Source of the DNA: Phoronis australis
Lineage: Eukaryota > Animalia > Phoronida
Assembly (NCBI GenBank): GCA_002633005.1
Contig: NMRA01000209.1
Location: forward strand, 548,174 to 612,173
Length of the DNA: 64,000 nt
Reading direction: 5' to 3'
The stretch's first letter is position 1. The number at the start of each line of letters is the position of its first letter. The position numbers and the translations under genes are program-made. The notes under the pieces are model-generated. The model worked only from the letters and a program-made list of their open reading frames with translations, was not told the origin of the DNA and did not search any database. Below are positions 33,221 to 46,877 of the stretch, piece after piece.

Positions 33221-33309
33221 GAGGAGCAGTGTGGTCCAGTGGGACTTGAACCACGACCTTGAGTAAAGGAAGCCCGAACACTTATCTCACTAGGCCACAC
33301 TGCCTTCTC
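33221..33309 (-). mobile_element. tRNA-derived SINE-like head / tRNA pseudogene
   Basis: The minus strand has an A-box-like TGGCCTAGTGAG and a B-box GGTTCAAGTCC at tRNA spacing. The anticodon arm does not pair well. Confidence 0.5.
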
Positions 33310-34429
33310 CAAGTTTTGATTTAGACCACGTGACAGTGATAGAATTGGTCTTGCCTTGTTCCTTACTCAGTTTAGAAGTGAGATGTGACCAGGGCTTGAT
33401 TATTGTGGTCTGAGGAAATAACAGGCTATCAATTCTCGCAGTCATTTTGACTGACGAACAATCTGAGATCAATCTCATCGTAGTAAGCAGCCCAAGTCAA
33501 AATTTTCTTTTTCGTCACAAGGCACTAGTTAAATGCTGCTTCAAAATGTTCATATCTAAAACAATTTGTCAAAATGCATTTTGTGATTCACCAACTTGAC
33601 TTGTCTGTGTATTGACAGTTGACCTGTAATTAACTAAAAATATAACAATCCTAAACAATTATTCTTGTACATGTAACTAACAAGGGGAAAGATGGCGCTC
33701 TTAGGGATCTTCTGCTGATGGCACATACCTGGGTATGTGAAACTGTTGCGTGAGACACCCTGTTGTCAATACATTAACCTTGTGAATGTCTGGGTAACTG
33801 GCGTTGATACCTCTTTATCTAACGTTTGTACACACGATTTTGACGAATACTGCGGCTAAAATTCATATTTAGCTTACTGGTTGTCGTATCCTATTCGTAT
33901 AGCCAACATTGAAACGAATGCTGTCCTTTTGAATGACAAAGTCACGTGTCCTTGCATTCTTTAGCCGTTCGCGGGTCACGGTTTTTCGTGTCTCAAAAAA
34001 ATCAGAAACAATCGTCAATCAAATGCTATGACCTCAGTTTGAACTCGCTGAGAGCGTGAGTATACTTGTTCCTGAGAATCAACATTGCCTGTCGCCAACA
34101 GGGTGTTAATCACATTTGGCGGGTGAAGTAAATGTGACTCAGCTAGAGTTATCGGCTGTTTTCTTTTGTTCTTTATTTTCATTTTACCATAACAGCGGTG
34201 GATGCTGCACCAGATATTCCATGACTGACTTCTTAATGCTTTTAATATTTGACTGTCGGATATTCATAATTCTGTGTTATCTCAGATTAAAACAGTTATA
34301 TGTGCCTTACTCGTCGATATTTCACGATTTCAAGCTAGGTGTCGCGGTCAGCAATATCAAAGAATGTTATCATTTCTTGTTGCATTGTCGCCCGTAAGCT
34401 TGCGCAGATATCGCTTCAGCCCTTTAGAT

Positions 34430-37400
34430 CTACGCTGTCTGTTTCTCACAAATAAAGCCACAATCAGTAGCTGTGGCCGGGTGGTCATGCCAATTAAAGA
34501 AGTCCGGTTTCCAGTAGATGTGACAATTGTGGTCGCTGGATTTCGGCTGGGTCGGACCTTGTCCAGGTCTCCAACGTGTGAAGCCCGTCATGCTCCGTCC
34601 TGTAGAGTCCCAAATCCATTGACCGTGTCTGGCTAGATCGTTTCCTCCCGTGAAGTACCCGTTCAGTCCGCGTGCTATAATTACACAAATGATGCAGAGT
34701 GTCGGTGTACAGTATGGTACAGAGAAGAGAAAAAGAAGTAGAAATGCACGCAATCTTTAATTAAAGAGTAATGAATATGAAACCAAAGCCCAGAATATAA
34801 CACCTTGTTCATCATGTGCACGAGAAAGACGTAACACGTAAGTTATCATAGCTTGGGAGCCAGGTGCAAACCCCTCTGTGTGGTAGTCATTGGTGGGTAC
34901 CAGGCTGAGACAGCTCTCCACCCAGCGCATAACAAACTTCCATAGAAACGCGAAAAACCCATCATTAATAAAAACTTCCATAACTTTGACATACATGTAC
35001 AATCATGCAGGACCCGGTTTCTGATCGAGCTCGTCATGGTGTAGGCGCAGCATTTAAGTGCTTAACACCACTATTAATGTTGTTCTGACAAGTGACTGCC
35101 TCAGTGCATATCAATACCGTGAATTCAATACCCCAAATACGAGGAAGTAGAACAAAAGCTACTTTAATCGAAAATTTCTTAGCTCCTCGGAAATGATTTT
35201 TTCCTTTGAAATTACTGTGTCCAGCGCCAGTGTGTGAGATGTCCGCCAACACGTCGCGGGTTTCTTGTACAAACTTATTCTATATCCGCAGCGCTTCTGC
35301 GTGTAAAATGACCCTCCGTAAAATGATAAGATCCATCACGTGGTCAAATACTGAGCTGTCACAACCGCTACAAACGCAACGCTTCGCCAATCTTTGTTAT
35401 GAAATAATCCACGGCAAAACAAAAAGCAATCTGGCGACTTTCCACACTAAACACACTGGAAAAAGACTAAATGCTGTAATCGGTTGTCTCAATTCTGCGT
35501 AGTTGGTCTATGTACATGTATTCAAGGTCGACCACTGAAAGCTCCTAACTCGAGACTAGTTGATGATCACATCGTCAGACAGTGTTTGAAGGTGTTCTAA
35601 TTTAACCGGTGGTCGACTGGTTGTGTTATTTTCGTTATAATATAAAAGTGGTGATTTTATAAGCACTTTAAAGTTTTAGGTTAGAGTCTAAACTTGAACA
35701 CTTTTAAGAATTTTTGCTCGAATTCTTGCTGATTTAGTTGATACTCCAGCACATAACTCCATTTGTGTCATCAAGTGCGAACTTGAGTCGCATTTCGAAG
35801 TCCATATTGAGTACAAAGATTAGACTCCGGGCATAGATTTGCGTAAGAAAAATATTTACTTCGTATTTTAACGTCACAGTACACGGGCGGCACACCATAT
35901 AGGGGACTGGGGGGGCTATAGCCCTCCACTTTTTTCAGTGCTGCGCCGCCCATGGTTTACGTGCGGTGCACCCTGGGGGGGGCTATAGCCCCGCCCCCTT
36001 TTTTCAGTGCTGCGCCGCCTATGCAGTAGAGTCCTAAGGCTGTGACTTTTGATACAAGTACACGTAGCAATTTCATTGATATTCACTTGGCCATCTCCTC
36101 GTTATTAAAGTATCTGCTCATAATTTCAATTAATCGATGTTCTTAAAGATATGGGCTTTAGGGAATAACATGCACTTTCGTTGTCAGGGTGCAACGCACT
36201 TGAGTGTGTTTGATGTTGTCAATGTGTTGCAATTAATAAATATTTATGAGAAATTGTTTGAGATAGCAACTGAACACGTTGCCTTAAATTCCATATTGCT
36301 ATCGCCACCCGCTTTTTAGTGCTACGCCACCCATGGTCTATGGGCGGTGCACCACAGGGAGGCTGGGGGCTATAGCCCCACTTTTTTCTGTGCTGCGCCG
36401 CCCATGTACAAGCTTGCATGGTGACCCGCCCACCAGCACCACCGATTGTTATCGAAATGGTGATCATGCCTGCAAAGGGTCTTCGAGTGGATATGATGAG
36501 TGCGTGTATGGATGAAGAAAACTCGTGGACGTTTGCGGACGGGAAGTCGGTTGCGACCGCGCTTAACAAGCGTTGTAATTCATATTTTGAAACGTGCTTC
36601 TGAAATTTCACGAGTACAATCCTAATTTTTCCAAGAGAACTTTTTGTGATAAAATATTCACAAAAACGCCAACATTTAACACATCCAAATCCGTTACAGC
36701 CCATACAGTCAGCGATATAAATCATGTTACTTTTGAAAACGTTATTTGAGAATTCGAAAGCTGGCTAGATAATTAATTACTCCACTAATGAAGGTAAAAA
36801 TTACTCTTTTGAACGTCACCACTTTGACACTGTAAAGTGGCATAAAATGACGCGAAATTAATGTTTAATACAAAATCTCTCAAAGGGGGCTGCTTGCCTG
36901 TGATATATACGACTACAAGTACGAAAGCTGAACTGCTGTGACCGCGACATACATGTACATGTAGTTAGGCACCGGCAACACATCAGATGAGCCGCGAATA
37001 CAGTGAACATGATGGCGGTCGTCATTGAAAAGCTCTTCCTTGTTCCTTTTGGTTTTTAGCTGTGATATACCTATGGTTTGATCCTCGTTGCTGTGATACA
37101 TGGTAACCGTAATCACTTCCCCATTCTTCGCAGAATATATTCATCGCAAACTCGCTGGACGAGGAACTCAAAGCCTCGTGTACAAGTCCAAAATTGCGCT
37201 TCCCGTCATTCATTATATATCTCAAAATTTCGTTTTGGGGTCACGCTCATCTTTGTTGCAGACATGCTTCGGTTCTCCGATTGAGAAATTACACACAATG
37301 TTTCTGAATTACAATTATACTGCATGTCGGGGAAACAAACTGAAAATCAAATTTTGGTCAATACGCATATGGCTCTTCTAGATCATTATTGTGACGCAAT

Positions 37401-39073
37401 CAAATGAATTTTTCCTTTCCGTAGTCTTCAATTGGCGCGTTTTACTATGATTTTGTTTGAGATATAATTACAATTCACCATCAAAATCAAAGTTTGAAGA
37501 CTAAAGTAGAATTAATCACGGTGTATTGCTCCTATAAGTGGGGGGTGAACGGATGACACGTGTCAGTCGCCTTCAGATATTGATTAGAGGGTGACATTTA
37601 GACATTCCCTGCAAAGGGTGACGGACGTCTCAAAGGAAAAAGGATTTTGGCACTGTGTCACTCACGCAAGACAACAATGTGCCATCTAAAACAATAAAAC
37701 AATCCACTAAACTTCCCTGACTCTCAGCCTAGAGTTACCAGAACATTTGCTTATCATCACATTTTATACGCTCAAACTGGTGCGCATATCCACTTATTCC
37801 CACGTACGCAATTTTGCGCGTCGAACCATCCCCCTTGCACAGACTAGTCTTTCAGTGGCGTTTCGAAAGCGCATACTGTATATATATAGCATACCGTGAT
37901 TTTCATTTAAGTTCCTTAACCGTGTTTTCACGTAAAAATTTGTGTGATCTTTCACAACGTCAGATTCCTCGAGATGGCGCTGTGAAAGAGTCAATTATTT
38001 TGGCAGCCATATTCTGGGATCTGAAACAGTATTCCAATTTTGATGACGTAAAGTTTCTCGATGCTTTCGGTATCAAGCTAATCGTTCAGTACAACAAAAC
38101 ATTTCAAAACCATAGTTTTGGAAAAGTTTTGCACTTGAACATTTTTACAAGAAGCTCCTTTCGTTGACTGCGTCCTCTTCGTTTACTCATGGGCTCTTCC
38201 TTAAAAGCCATCATGGTGATGTCAACAAAAACTTGCAATGGCCTCTTATTTGAGAAGTTTCACACGTCTGTACGTAGTTTTACACGTACGTACACTGCGT
38301 GTATCTACGAAAAATAAGTATTTAACCAACCTGCTATTTCAAATAATGTAGTTACAATAAACTGGTCCTCCGGGTATGACTCCACAGAGGCGAGACGGGC
38401 TCCAAGCTGCTCACAGATTGCTTTAGCTGTGTTCCAGGGCACGTTCAAGTTACCAAAGTAGTAACAACTTCCGTTGTAAGGTTTGAACAACGGTGGGCAG
38501 TCACCTTAATTAAAAGAAACGACACTGTTCATCAGTCAAACGTTACACTCATGTGGTTTAGTTGACTGTTGGTGGCTTCTAATGGTCGTTTCTTCAAAGT
38601 CCCTATCTACCCTTTGAGAGCGAAAACGCTAAAATCATTTTTCGCTCACCAGCAACATGCATCGCAATTCTGAACTAAGTAGGCATACAATTAGTAAATA
38701 ATGTTACAGCTGCATGCTGTCATTTTCAGGTGTTAGCATGGCATTGTTGGATAAGGTGGAAGGTGGGTGCATCACAGTTTTATTAGTCAATGTTGACACT
38801 TTGAATTAACACTGGTCTGAAGTGAAAAAACTCGCCACTAGGCAATTCCAAAAACGAAGCATGTTGTTACGTAACTAAAAGTCCTGCAAGTAAGATGTTA
38901 CCTGTTTCTAAGGTCTGACGGTTAATATTGAGCTTGGTCTCAATCACACTCAGCCTCCGTTTCAACTGGTCATCACATTGATTCGTTGTGTGTTGTCCTG
39001 CTACTGTTGAGAAAACATTAGATCCCAACAATGACGCAACCAGTACAAGAACTACATGTACGAACGAATACAT
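34430..39073 (-). CDS. Secreted C-type lectin (perlucin-like), 3 exons, 196 aa
   Basis: Exons 39073-38902 (signal peptide MYSFVHVVLVLVASLLG plus a coiled-coil-like neck), 38504-38331 (DCPPLFKPYNGSCYYF...WNTAKAICEQLGARLASVES) and 34674-34430 (YFTGGNDLARHGQWIWDSTG...FTRWRPG...NC...WHD...CGFICEK*). Both introns are phase 1; 591 nt total; C-type lectin domain cysteine/tryptophan pattern. Confidence 0.9.
35883..36406. repeat. Cluster of GC-rich mini TIR elements of about 70 bp (3 copies); inverted copies at about 39473-39603
   Basis: Recurrent gggcgg...gggggctatagccc...ttttcagtgctgcgccgcccatg at about 35883, 35960 and 36339; reverse-complement copies (catgggcggcgcagcactgaaaaaa) from 39473. Confidence 0.7.
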
Positions 39074-41567
39074 TCCGAGCTCAGCTTCCTGCGTCCACGC
39101 GCTATTCAATCTCAGCAGTACCGTCACTTTACTATTATAAAATATAGATTATCAAAAAAACTTGCAGTATAGTAACGGTAGGGGAATTTATAGCTTGTTT
39201 CTCCGTCACCAGTCATCCAGCCTTTGCCCTCTAAATTGACCGTATAGGCCCTACTGCACTTTAAATTACGGTACATCCTTAATCAGAATTCAAGGGTGCG
39301 ATCAAGTTACATGTACATGTATGTAGTCATTGTCACCGATCTCTTGATAATATAATCTCATATCCTGCAGAGGAGCACATGCCCTCAAATGTAGCATGCT
39401 TCTGAGCGATCATGTCATTTAGCCTACGTCCTCTTCAGTTTGTATTGGCCGTACTCCGACTCGAATCACTTCCATGGGCGGCGCAGCACTGAAAAAAGGC
39501 CCCCTCAGCCCCCTGTAGTGCATTGCCTACAAGACCGTGTGTGGCGTAGCATTGAAAAAAGTGAGGGCTATAGACACCAGCCCCCTATGGTGCGCCACCC
39601 ATGTTACTGGCAATGTAAGGGTGCGATCAACGTGTGCACCCACAATATGTTGACTATGGCCACTGATTTCGCGTTGAAATTTAACATTCTGCAAAGAACA
39701 TCCGGGTCCACTTCAGCATGTTTGTTACGGACCTTGTCAACTTTTCCTGTGAGCGGCGGTGCCAGCCAAAGAGTGTGATGGATACAGGGTTTCGTTGACG
39801 AATTGGAGGATGGGAATGCTGTGCGCACATGTGTAAAAAACGTACCTTGTCGGCTTACAAACATTTGATAGCCCTAAATATCAATTGTATTCTTTTGATC
39901 CTAGGTGTTACGCCAGAATAAAAGTGATATTAAATTTTGCATTGGTATCCCACAACCAGGGTTTATGACAACGGCACGTTTCATCGCTTATTAGTGTTGT
40001 TGGCTTTCCAACATCTGTTTTTAGGAACATCGTCGATGGGAAAAGTGATTTCCTGCTGGCAGCCTCACATTTACAGTCTTACGCTCGGTTGGCTGAGGTG
40101 AGCCTCGTCTGGAAGAGTATTTGTAAGCGTATGTAAAGTCGCTGACTTTGATTTCAGCCAATGTCTGGCAGACAATACAGAATTGGCGACTTGAAAGTCA
40201 CAAAAACACCACAGATTTTGCCATTTCGTAGCTCCGGTCAAAGTTAAACACCAAAATATTTCCACTATGAGTCCAACAATAACTGTAGCTCAAAAATGTG
40301 TTTTTCGGTTGTTGAACCGTCAGTGTCCCTGTAGGGCAACTACTGTAGGGTGGACATGAGTAAATATTTTGGAAACCTGCATGTTTCTGTGAGATTTAAT
40401 ATGACATGTTTTCATTATTTAGAATTGGCAGAATGCAATTAGCCTATCGGTTTAAGTTACACGCGTAAAGAACGCAGGAGCCGAAACTAATGATTAAATC
40501 ACTTGCATCAATAATGCACGTAAATCGAGGATTTAAATTTCACACGTAGCTTACACTCGTGATAATTTGTTAAGCCCTTAATAGGATATTTACGCCAGTG
40601 CTAAATAATGTCTACCCTCGTAATAATTAATTGACGCACGCAATATTTTTGTGTACGGCATGTAAATCGCAATATTAAAGTCTGACTACAACGTAACACC
40701 GAGTCAAAATTGGACTGAAGGTTATCAAAATTCTCTTTGGTATTAAGATCCCATTGTTTTCATGGAAACGGACTTTAGTTATTCAGTGGTATCCAAACTC
40801 CTTTAATACAGCTAAAGACCGTGGAAAATTATGAATTAAGTACTCAGAAATGCAATGTTTGTGTTGTGCAACTAGCTCACAGCCCCAAGAACGATTCAAA
40901 GTAACTTGCTCAGTCGTAGCGGTCTGACGTTTTACCAGTAGGGCTAAAAGTCGATATGACAAGTACAGTAGACAAGTATTTAAAGAATGTTAGCTGACAA
41001 GGGTTTAGCCACCTCGATTTCATTCTACCGAATGACTGAAAGCCAACATCGGGATTCGTCGATTTTAAATCACAAAATCAGAACTGATTTTACAGTTGTA
41101 CAGTATCAAAAATAACGCACAGCACTTGAGATTTGTTCGATTGAATTTGTTTAAGTTATGTTTTAAGTGTGTTCCAGTGTGCAAACTCGCTTCTAAAGCT
41201 TGAGGTAGCTACCAACTTTCGTTACCAAATTTAATGTTTTTGTTTAATTTTTATCCTAAGCACGCATTTTGTAATGGCGAATCATAGAGGAGACTTCGGT
41301 TGTAATGCGCAATGAATGTTCGGCGGTGGTGGCCCTAAACCATTCATAGGTCTTCTTATTTCCTTTATCGCTCCTGGCCTGAGGAGATAAACACGAGCAT
41401 GGTTATGTTTCTAGCTTTTGTAAAATCCGGGATGATCTCAGATATCATCCGAATAAAGGCTCTTGTCACGAAACAATTTTTGTTCACAAACCATGATTTT
41501 AACAAAGACAGCCGTAAATAAAGCAAACGTGATTTTCTTCTCAACGTGGCTTGCAAGATCTCTTTCT

Positions 41568-42567
41568 TTCTCTCCCCCTTGGCCTTTTTCTCCCTTCTTC
41601 TCTCATCTCCCCCATAACCCTGTCACACCTCTGCTCTCTTCTCCCCCTTTCTCTGTCTTCCCTCTTCTCTCCTCTCCCCGTCTCTATGTCTCTCCTCTTC
41701 TCTTCTCTCCTCCCTTCCTCTGTCTCCCCTCTCCTCTCCNNNNNNNNNNNNNNNNNNNNNNNNNNNNNNNNNNNNNNNNNNNNNNNNNNNNNNNNNNNNN
41801 NNNNNNNNNNNNNNNNNNNNNNNNNNNNNNNNNNNNNNNNNNNNNNNNNNNNNNNNNNNNNNNNNNNNNNNNNNNNNNNNNNNNNNNNNNNNNNNNNNNN
41901 NNNNNNNNNNNNNNNNNNNNNNNNNNNNNNNNNNNNNNNNNNNNNNNNNNNNNNNNNNNNNNNNNNNNNNNNNNNNNNNNNNNNNNNNNNNNNNNNNNNN
42001 NNNNNNNNNNNNNNNNNNNNNNNNNNNNNNNNNNNNNNNNNNNNNNNNNNNNNNNNNNNNNNNNNNNNNNNNNNNNNNNNNNNNNNNNNNNNNNNNNNNN
42101 NNNNNNNNNNNNNNNNNNNNNNNNNNNNNNNNNNNNNNNNNNNNNNNNNNNNNNNNNNNNNNNNNNNNNNNNNNNNNNNNNNNNNNNNNNNNNNNNNNNN
42201 NNNNNNNNNNNNNNNNNNNNNNNNNNNNNNNNNNNNNNNNNNNNNNNNNNNNNNNNNNNNNNNNNNNNNNNNNNNNNNNNNNNNNNNNNNNNNNNNNNNN
42301 NNNNNNNNNNNNNNNNNNNNNNNNNNNNNNNNNNNNNNNNNNNNNNNNNNNNNNNNNNNNNNNNNNNNNNNNNNNNNNNNNNNNNNNNNNNNNNNNNNNN
42401 NNNNNNNNNNNNNNNNNNNNNNNNNNNNNNNNNNNNNNNNNNNNNNNNNNNNNNNNNNNNNNCTCCTCTCCCCCTTGGCCTCTGTCTCCCCTCTTCTCTC
42501 CTCTCCCCCCTTCCTCTGCATCCCCTCTTCTCTCCTCATCCCATTCTCTTTTCCTCCTTCCTTCTTT
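41568..42567. repeat. Polypyrimidine (CT-rich) low-complexity tract containing the assembly gap 41740-42462
   Basis: Almost pure C/T on both sides of the N run. Confidence 0.9.
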
Positions 42568-45325
42568 GTGCTAACTTTTACCAAAGAGACATAGCCAAGT
42601 GACCCTATTGATGACAGTCAAAATCAAATCCCACGGGCTTTTCACTGTCAGAAAATATATCGAGTTTTACTGATTTAAAATCAGTCCTATAGTTTTGTAA
42701 ACATTTGGATAACTCTCACACCTGTCGACGAGATCTTACATAAACATCATGAGTATTCCCACTTGTTCCTTGTTTGTGATAACTACTGTCAACGCTTGGC
42801 ACTTCGCTTTGTTGTTCACGTTGTGAGCTGCGTCAATGGTGACTCTTACATGTACGTGTAAGTCTCCTACCCAACATCGTCGAATTTGTTTACTCGGAGA
42901 TTGTGTTCAGTGAGATCTTGCCTACTTTAAAAAGGATTGTTGCAAACTTTATGAATATTTTATTATACACCAGTATTTAAAAACAAGTGCAATGATGATA
43001 ATATCTATCTGGTCTGCATGTTAACTGCAGAATTACATATTTCAGTACACAAGGCCACATGCCCAAAGTACATAGCTACAAAAAATATTACACAGTGCCG
43101 CCATTCTCTTCAATGTTAAATTAAACAAATTTTAAAGTGTAAACATGTGGATCACCAAGCAAGTTGATCGACTTATGCCGAGTGGGGAAATTTCAAGAAT
43201 GAAGACCAAAGAAATATGTCTAAAGTCTGATTAAGCCTCACACTCCATTGTTTGACAATATTTTGATATTTGTATCACTTGAAGGTACATTCTAATTTCA
43301 AAGTTGCAATCAAACCCGCCTTTCGTGTCAAAATAACTTTTTCATTTGGACAACTCAGCCGTTATGGAGTCATTCTCAAACTGCTGCTTAATCAAAACAG
43401 GTAGGATTTCGTATCTTGGAAAGTACATGCAGTTCGTTATTGCTCGAGATTGGACTCTACAATTTTTTCTGTAAGTGCTCATGACAAAACTATTTCCGAG
43501 TTCGATTCCGAATAAAAACATTAAACCCTGAGCTCTGGAATATTTGCCAATCAAATGTTAACGACCTGAATTTGAGCACCGCTGATATTTGCATCTACTT
43601 ATTCATTCATCACCCTGCGACAACAGTGCCGCTTGCAATCTACAGTAGATAGCGGGTTTGTTGATTTCGCCCAAATGAGAGCGCTGTTCCCAAATTAGAT
43701 TCAGGTAGGAGGTCGCGTCAGCAGCATTGGACGGCGGAAATACGGCATCATGTCGGTTTTGATCCAAATTATTGAAATAAACGAGAAAATTCCCGTGGCA
43801 GAGTAAAAGAACAGTGGAGGTAGGTAGGTCACTCAGTATTAATTATTTTGCGTTGAATTTAAGGGCACTAGGTGGACAAAAAAAATTGATAATGAAGGCA
43901 CCGGCCGGGCAGCCGCCAACTGACATGGTCCTTCATTGCGAGTACGTGAGCAACGAGCCAAAACTTGAGTCATGAGGTTATAAAAGATATCGTATGCAAA
44001 GGGCACTCACTTCCTCGACAGTTTTGATTTTGATAGCACGGGAAATTTCATTCACAATGCCAAAACTTTTACTTCGGTTTGTTCGCAAACGTGGCATAGA
44101 ACGCGAAAAACGAGCTAATTTACATCATTCAAAGTACAATAGTTCTCTGCCACTGAAACAAAATTAAACTGTACACCATCTATGTTACGATGGAACGGTT
44201 ATTAAATATTTTTGTCTTGAAGTTTTTCATATAATGTAGTCTATTTTAGACAATTTAAAATAATAAGTAATATTCGTCCAGCCGACTGTTCGTCTCTGTC
44301 TATACACCTTTGTTTTAATTCATGTATAAATAACTGTTCACGGTTTTTTTGTAAAGAGTTTGAATTTCTGTTGATGTCAAAGAATTTTCTCTTTAGTTTC
44401 AAATTTCAAGAAAACGGTCTGCCAATTTCTCGTCATTTCATTGACTTTTCTGACACAAGGTAAAGCACGTGACGTCTCCTTATTCGGTAAGGCATTTGAC
44501 ACAGAAGTTCCCATATACGGAGAATGTGACCTTTAATCTCACTATCATATTTTTGTTAACAACTGTTGAAACATGTATCATAACCAAAAATATAAAAGTT
44601 TTTCGAAGGTTTAAAACAAAACGAATTCGAATCCTGATAACAATTCTTGTGATATTGTGCAACACCTTCTCATTTGAAATGAGCTTTTCTCAAATAAATG
44701 AGCTTCGAAAAAAGGACTTAAATTGAATACTTAATANTACCTTGTGGGTTGAACTAGCTCAAATTCGGACTCAATTATATCCGTCATGCTGATGATCACC
44801 ACCACTGAAATTGACTGGCAGTGAAAAATTTAAATATAGTAAATTGTGTAGTCAAAGGTATGTTACGGTAAGTATTTTCCAGAAAAGCCGATCTACACCT
44901 GAAACTCAATTTTTAGTGCCATTCTCAAGTCCCGAAGCCCCCCACCCCACACGCCCACACTTGTCTGATTGAACCTCCAGATGACCATTTGCAAGCACCG
45001 GGATACCCAGGAAATATTGTGCTGTTCACGAAATTCTTTTTCATGCCCAAAATCCTCGCGATCCCGGTCTATATTAAAAGAATTGCACGTGACAAGAGGT
45101 GGTCACAGACCGCTCCTAGGAGCCAGCATATCTACTCGCGACTATCGAAACTCCTCAGCTCATTACAAATTCAGAAATTTTAATCTAGCTTCACTGATTC
45201 GCTTAGCGCGTAGATTCTCTTACATGTCAAACGCCCTTATGGTTCATACAACATGAGCTGGTAGGGGTAACATGTTGTTGTCCCAAACATGGTAACAATT
45301 AATTATGGTAAATCTCACTACATAC

Positions 45326-45499
45326 TGGGGCAAAATTGTCTTGAGCAGCTTTCTTCTTCACTGTTCAAGTCGTTGATACAGTGTCCGTGGTACTTTGGGC
45401 GTGGGTTGTCACACTGCCGTTCTCTCCTTCGAACACCTTTAAAGCCGCAGGAGTGACTACAAGCACCCCACTCTTTCCACTCCCCCCAGAAACCAATCA
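45326..45499 (-). CDS. Isolated thrombospondin type-1 (TSP1) repeat exon; parent gene unresolved
   Basis: 174-nt phase 1-1 exon bounded by tttcag and GTATGT, encoding IGFWGEWKEWGACSHSCGFKGVRRRERQCDNPRPKYHGHCINDLNSEEESCSRQFCP, which has the WxxWxxWxxCSxxCG and RxRxRxC TSP1 signatures. Confidence 0.8.
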
Positions 45500-46210
45500 C
45501 TGAAAGCGGGAACAAAGCAGCGCTGTCCAAATAATGTTAAGATTATGTGGAACCCAAGAAAAATGACCCAATTTGGTTAACTTTGGAACATCGCATCTGA
45601 GTAAAAGCTGATCAGATTCAGGTGAAACTTTCAGATACTGTGCTTAGGACTTGTTTTCAAAATCTACCACTTGGGCATGGGGGCTATAAAAGTTAGGACT
45701 TAAAGGATGTTTAAGGAAAAGCTCCAACGATGCATATTAGAAGCGAGTTGATAATTTAAAAAAGTGTAAAGTGCTTTTTAGATTTCGTCATGATCATTCA
45801 TATCAAACAAAATTTGGTCATGTTACCAATGACATTACTTTGCTATGAATGTACATTTTCATGTACATTATCTTTGTTTAACTTTTCTTAAAAGTATACG
45901 GATACGTTGGGCGAGTTAATGGGAAATGGGTACATGAATGAAGCAAAAAGGCAATTTCTATTAGCTTTCTACTTACACAAAATATATATTTTTACCGAAT
46001 TGAATTCTATAATTTTATAAATATTTGGTTAATTACTCAGGTCCTATTTTCACTTTAAATACCAGTTTTCCCCTCATCCACGTCCACTGAAATATCTGAC
46101 CAACTAATTCGCGTGTAATGGTTATATTGACTTATATCAGCAATTGTATTTACAAGACATCTCACCGTAAGATTTTTAACTTAGTAGAAGCATTTTTATG
46201 CTAAAAATTG

Positions 46211-46877
46211 AAAGCCTGTAGAGTTTATTTTGTGACATTCATCACATTGATTGGGTCACTTGGTCATGTGTTTCTAGTAAAACTTAGCGAAAAACAAAGC
46301 TATTTCTATAGAAAAACTACGGTATCAAGAACATGGAGAAGTGTCTTTATTTAGATGTAAAGATAAAATCTAAAAGTCTATTCTACATTTTCCGAAATTA
46401 TGCTTTTGTTTTCTTATAATGCAATGTTTTTTATTGGTAAACAGAGCAAAAATACAAAGACATGTAAGACAAAAACTAGACATTCTCACTCTTAACACGC
46501 ACACACGCACCCCCGCCCCCCAACGACCCATGCAAAACGGAACNAAAGCCTGTAGAGTTTATTTTGTGACATTCATCACATTGATTGGGTCACTTGGTCA
46601 TGTGTTTCTAGTAAAACTTAGCGAAAAACAAAGCTATTTCTATAGAAAAACTACGGTATCAAGAACATGGAGAAGTGTCTTTATTTAGATGTAAAGATAA
46701 AATCTAAAAGTCTATTCTACATTTTCCGAAATTATGCTTTTGTTTTCTTATAATGCAATGTTTTTTATTGGTAAACAGAGCAAAAATACAAAGACATGTA
46801 AGACAAAAACTAGACATTCTCACTCTTAACACGCACACACGCACCCCCGCCCCCCAACGACCCATGCAAAACGGAAC
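46211..46877. other. Probable assembly artefact: identical 333-bp duplicate joined by a single n (46544)
   Basis: 46211-46543 and 46545-46877 appear identical and abut the n. Confidence 0.8.

Noticed and set aside
41463-42602. ORFs of 347-379 aa
   Set aside because: They arise from the N gap plus CT-rich low-complexity sequence.
46211-46877. Tandem duplicated small gene (ORFs 46419 and 46753)
   Set aside because: The identical duplicate flanks a single n and the peptide has no recognisable features; likely an assembly overlap.
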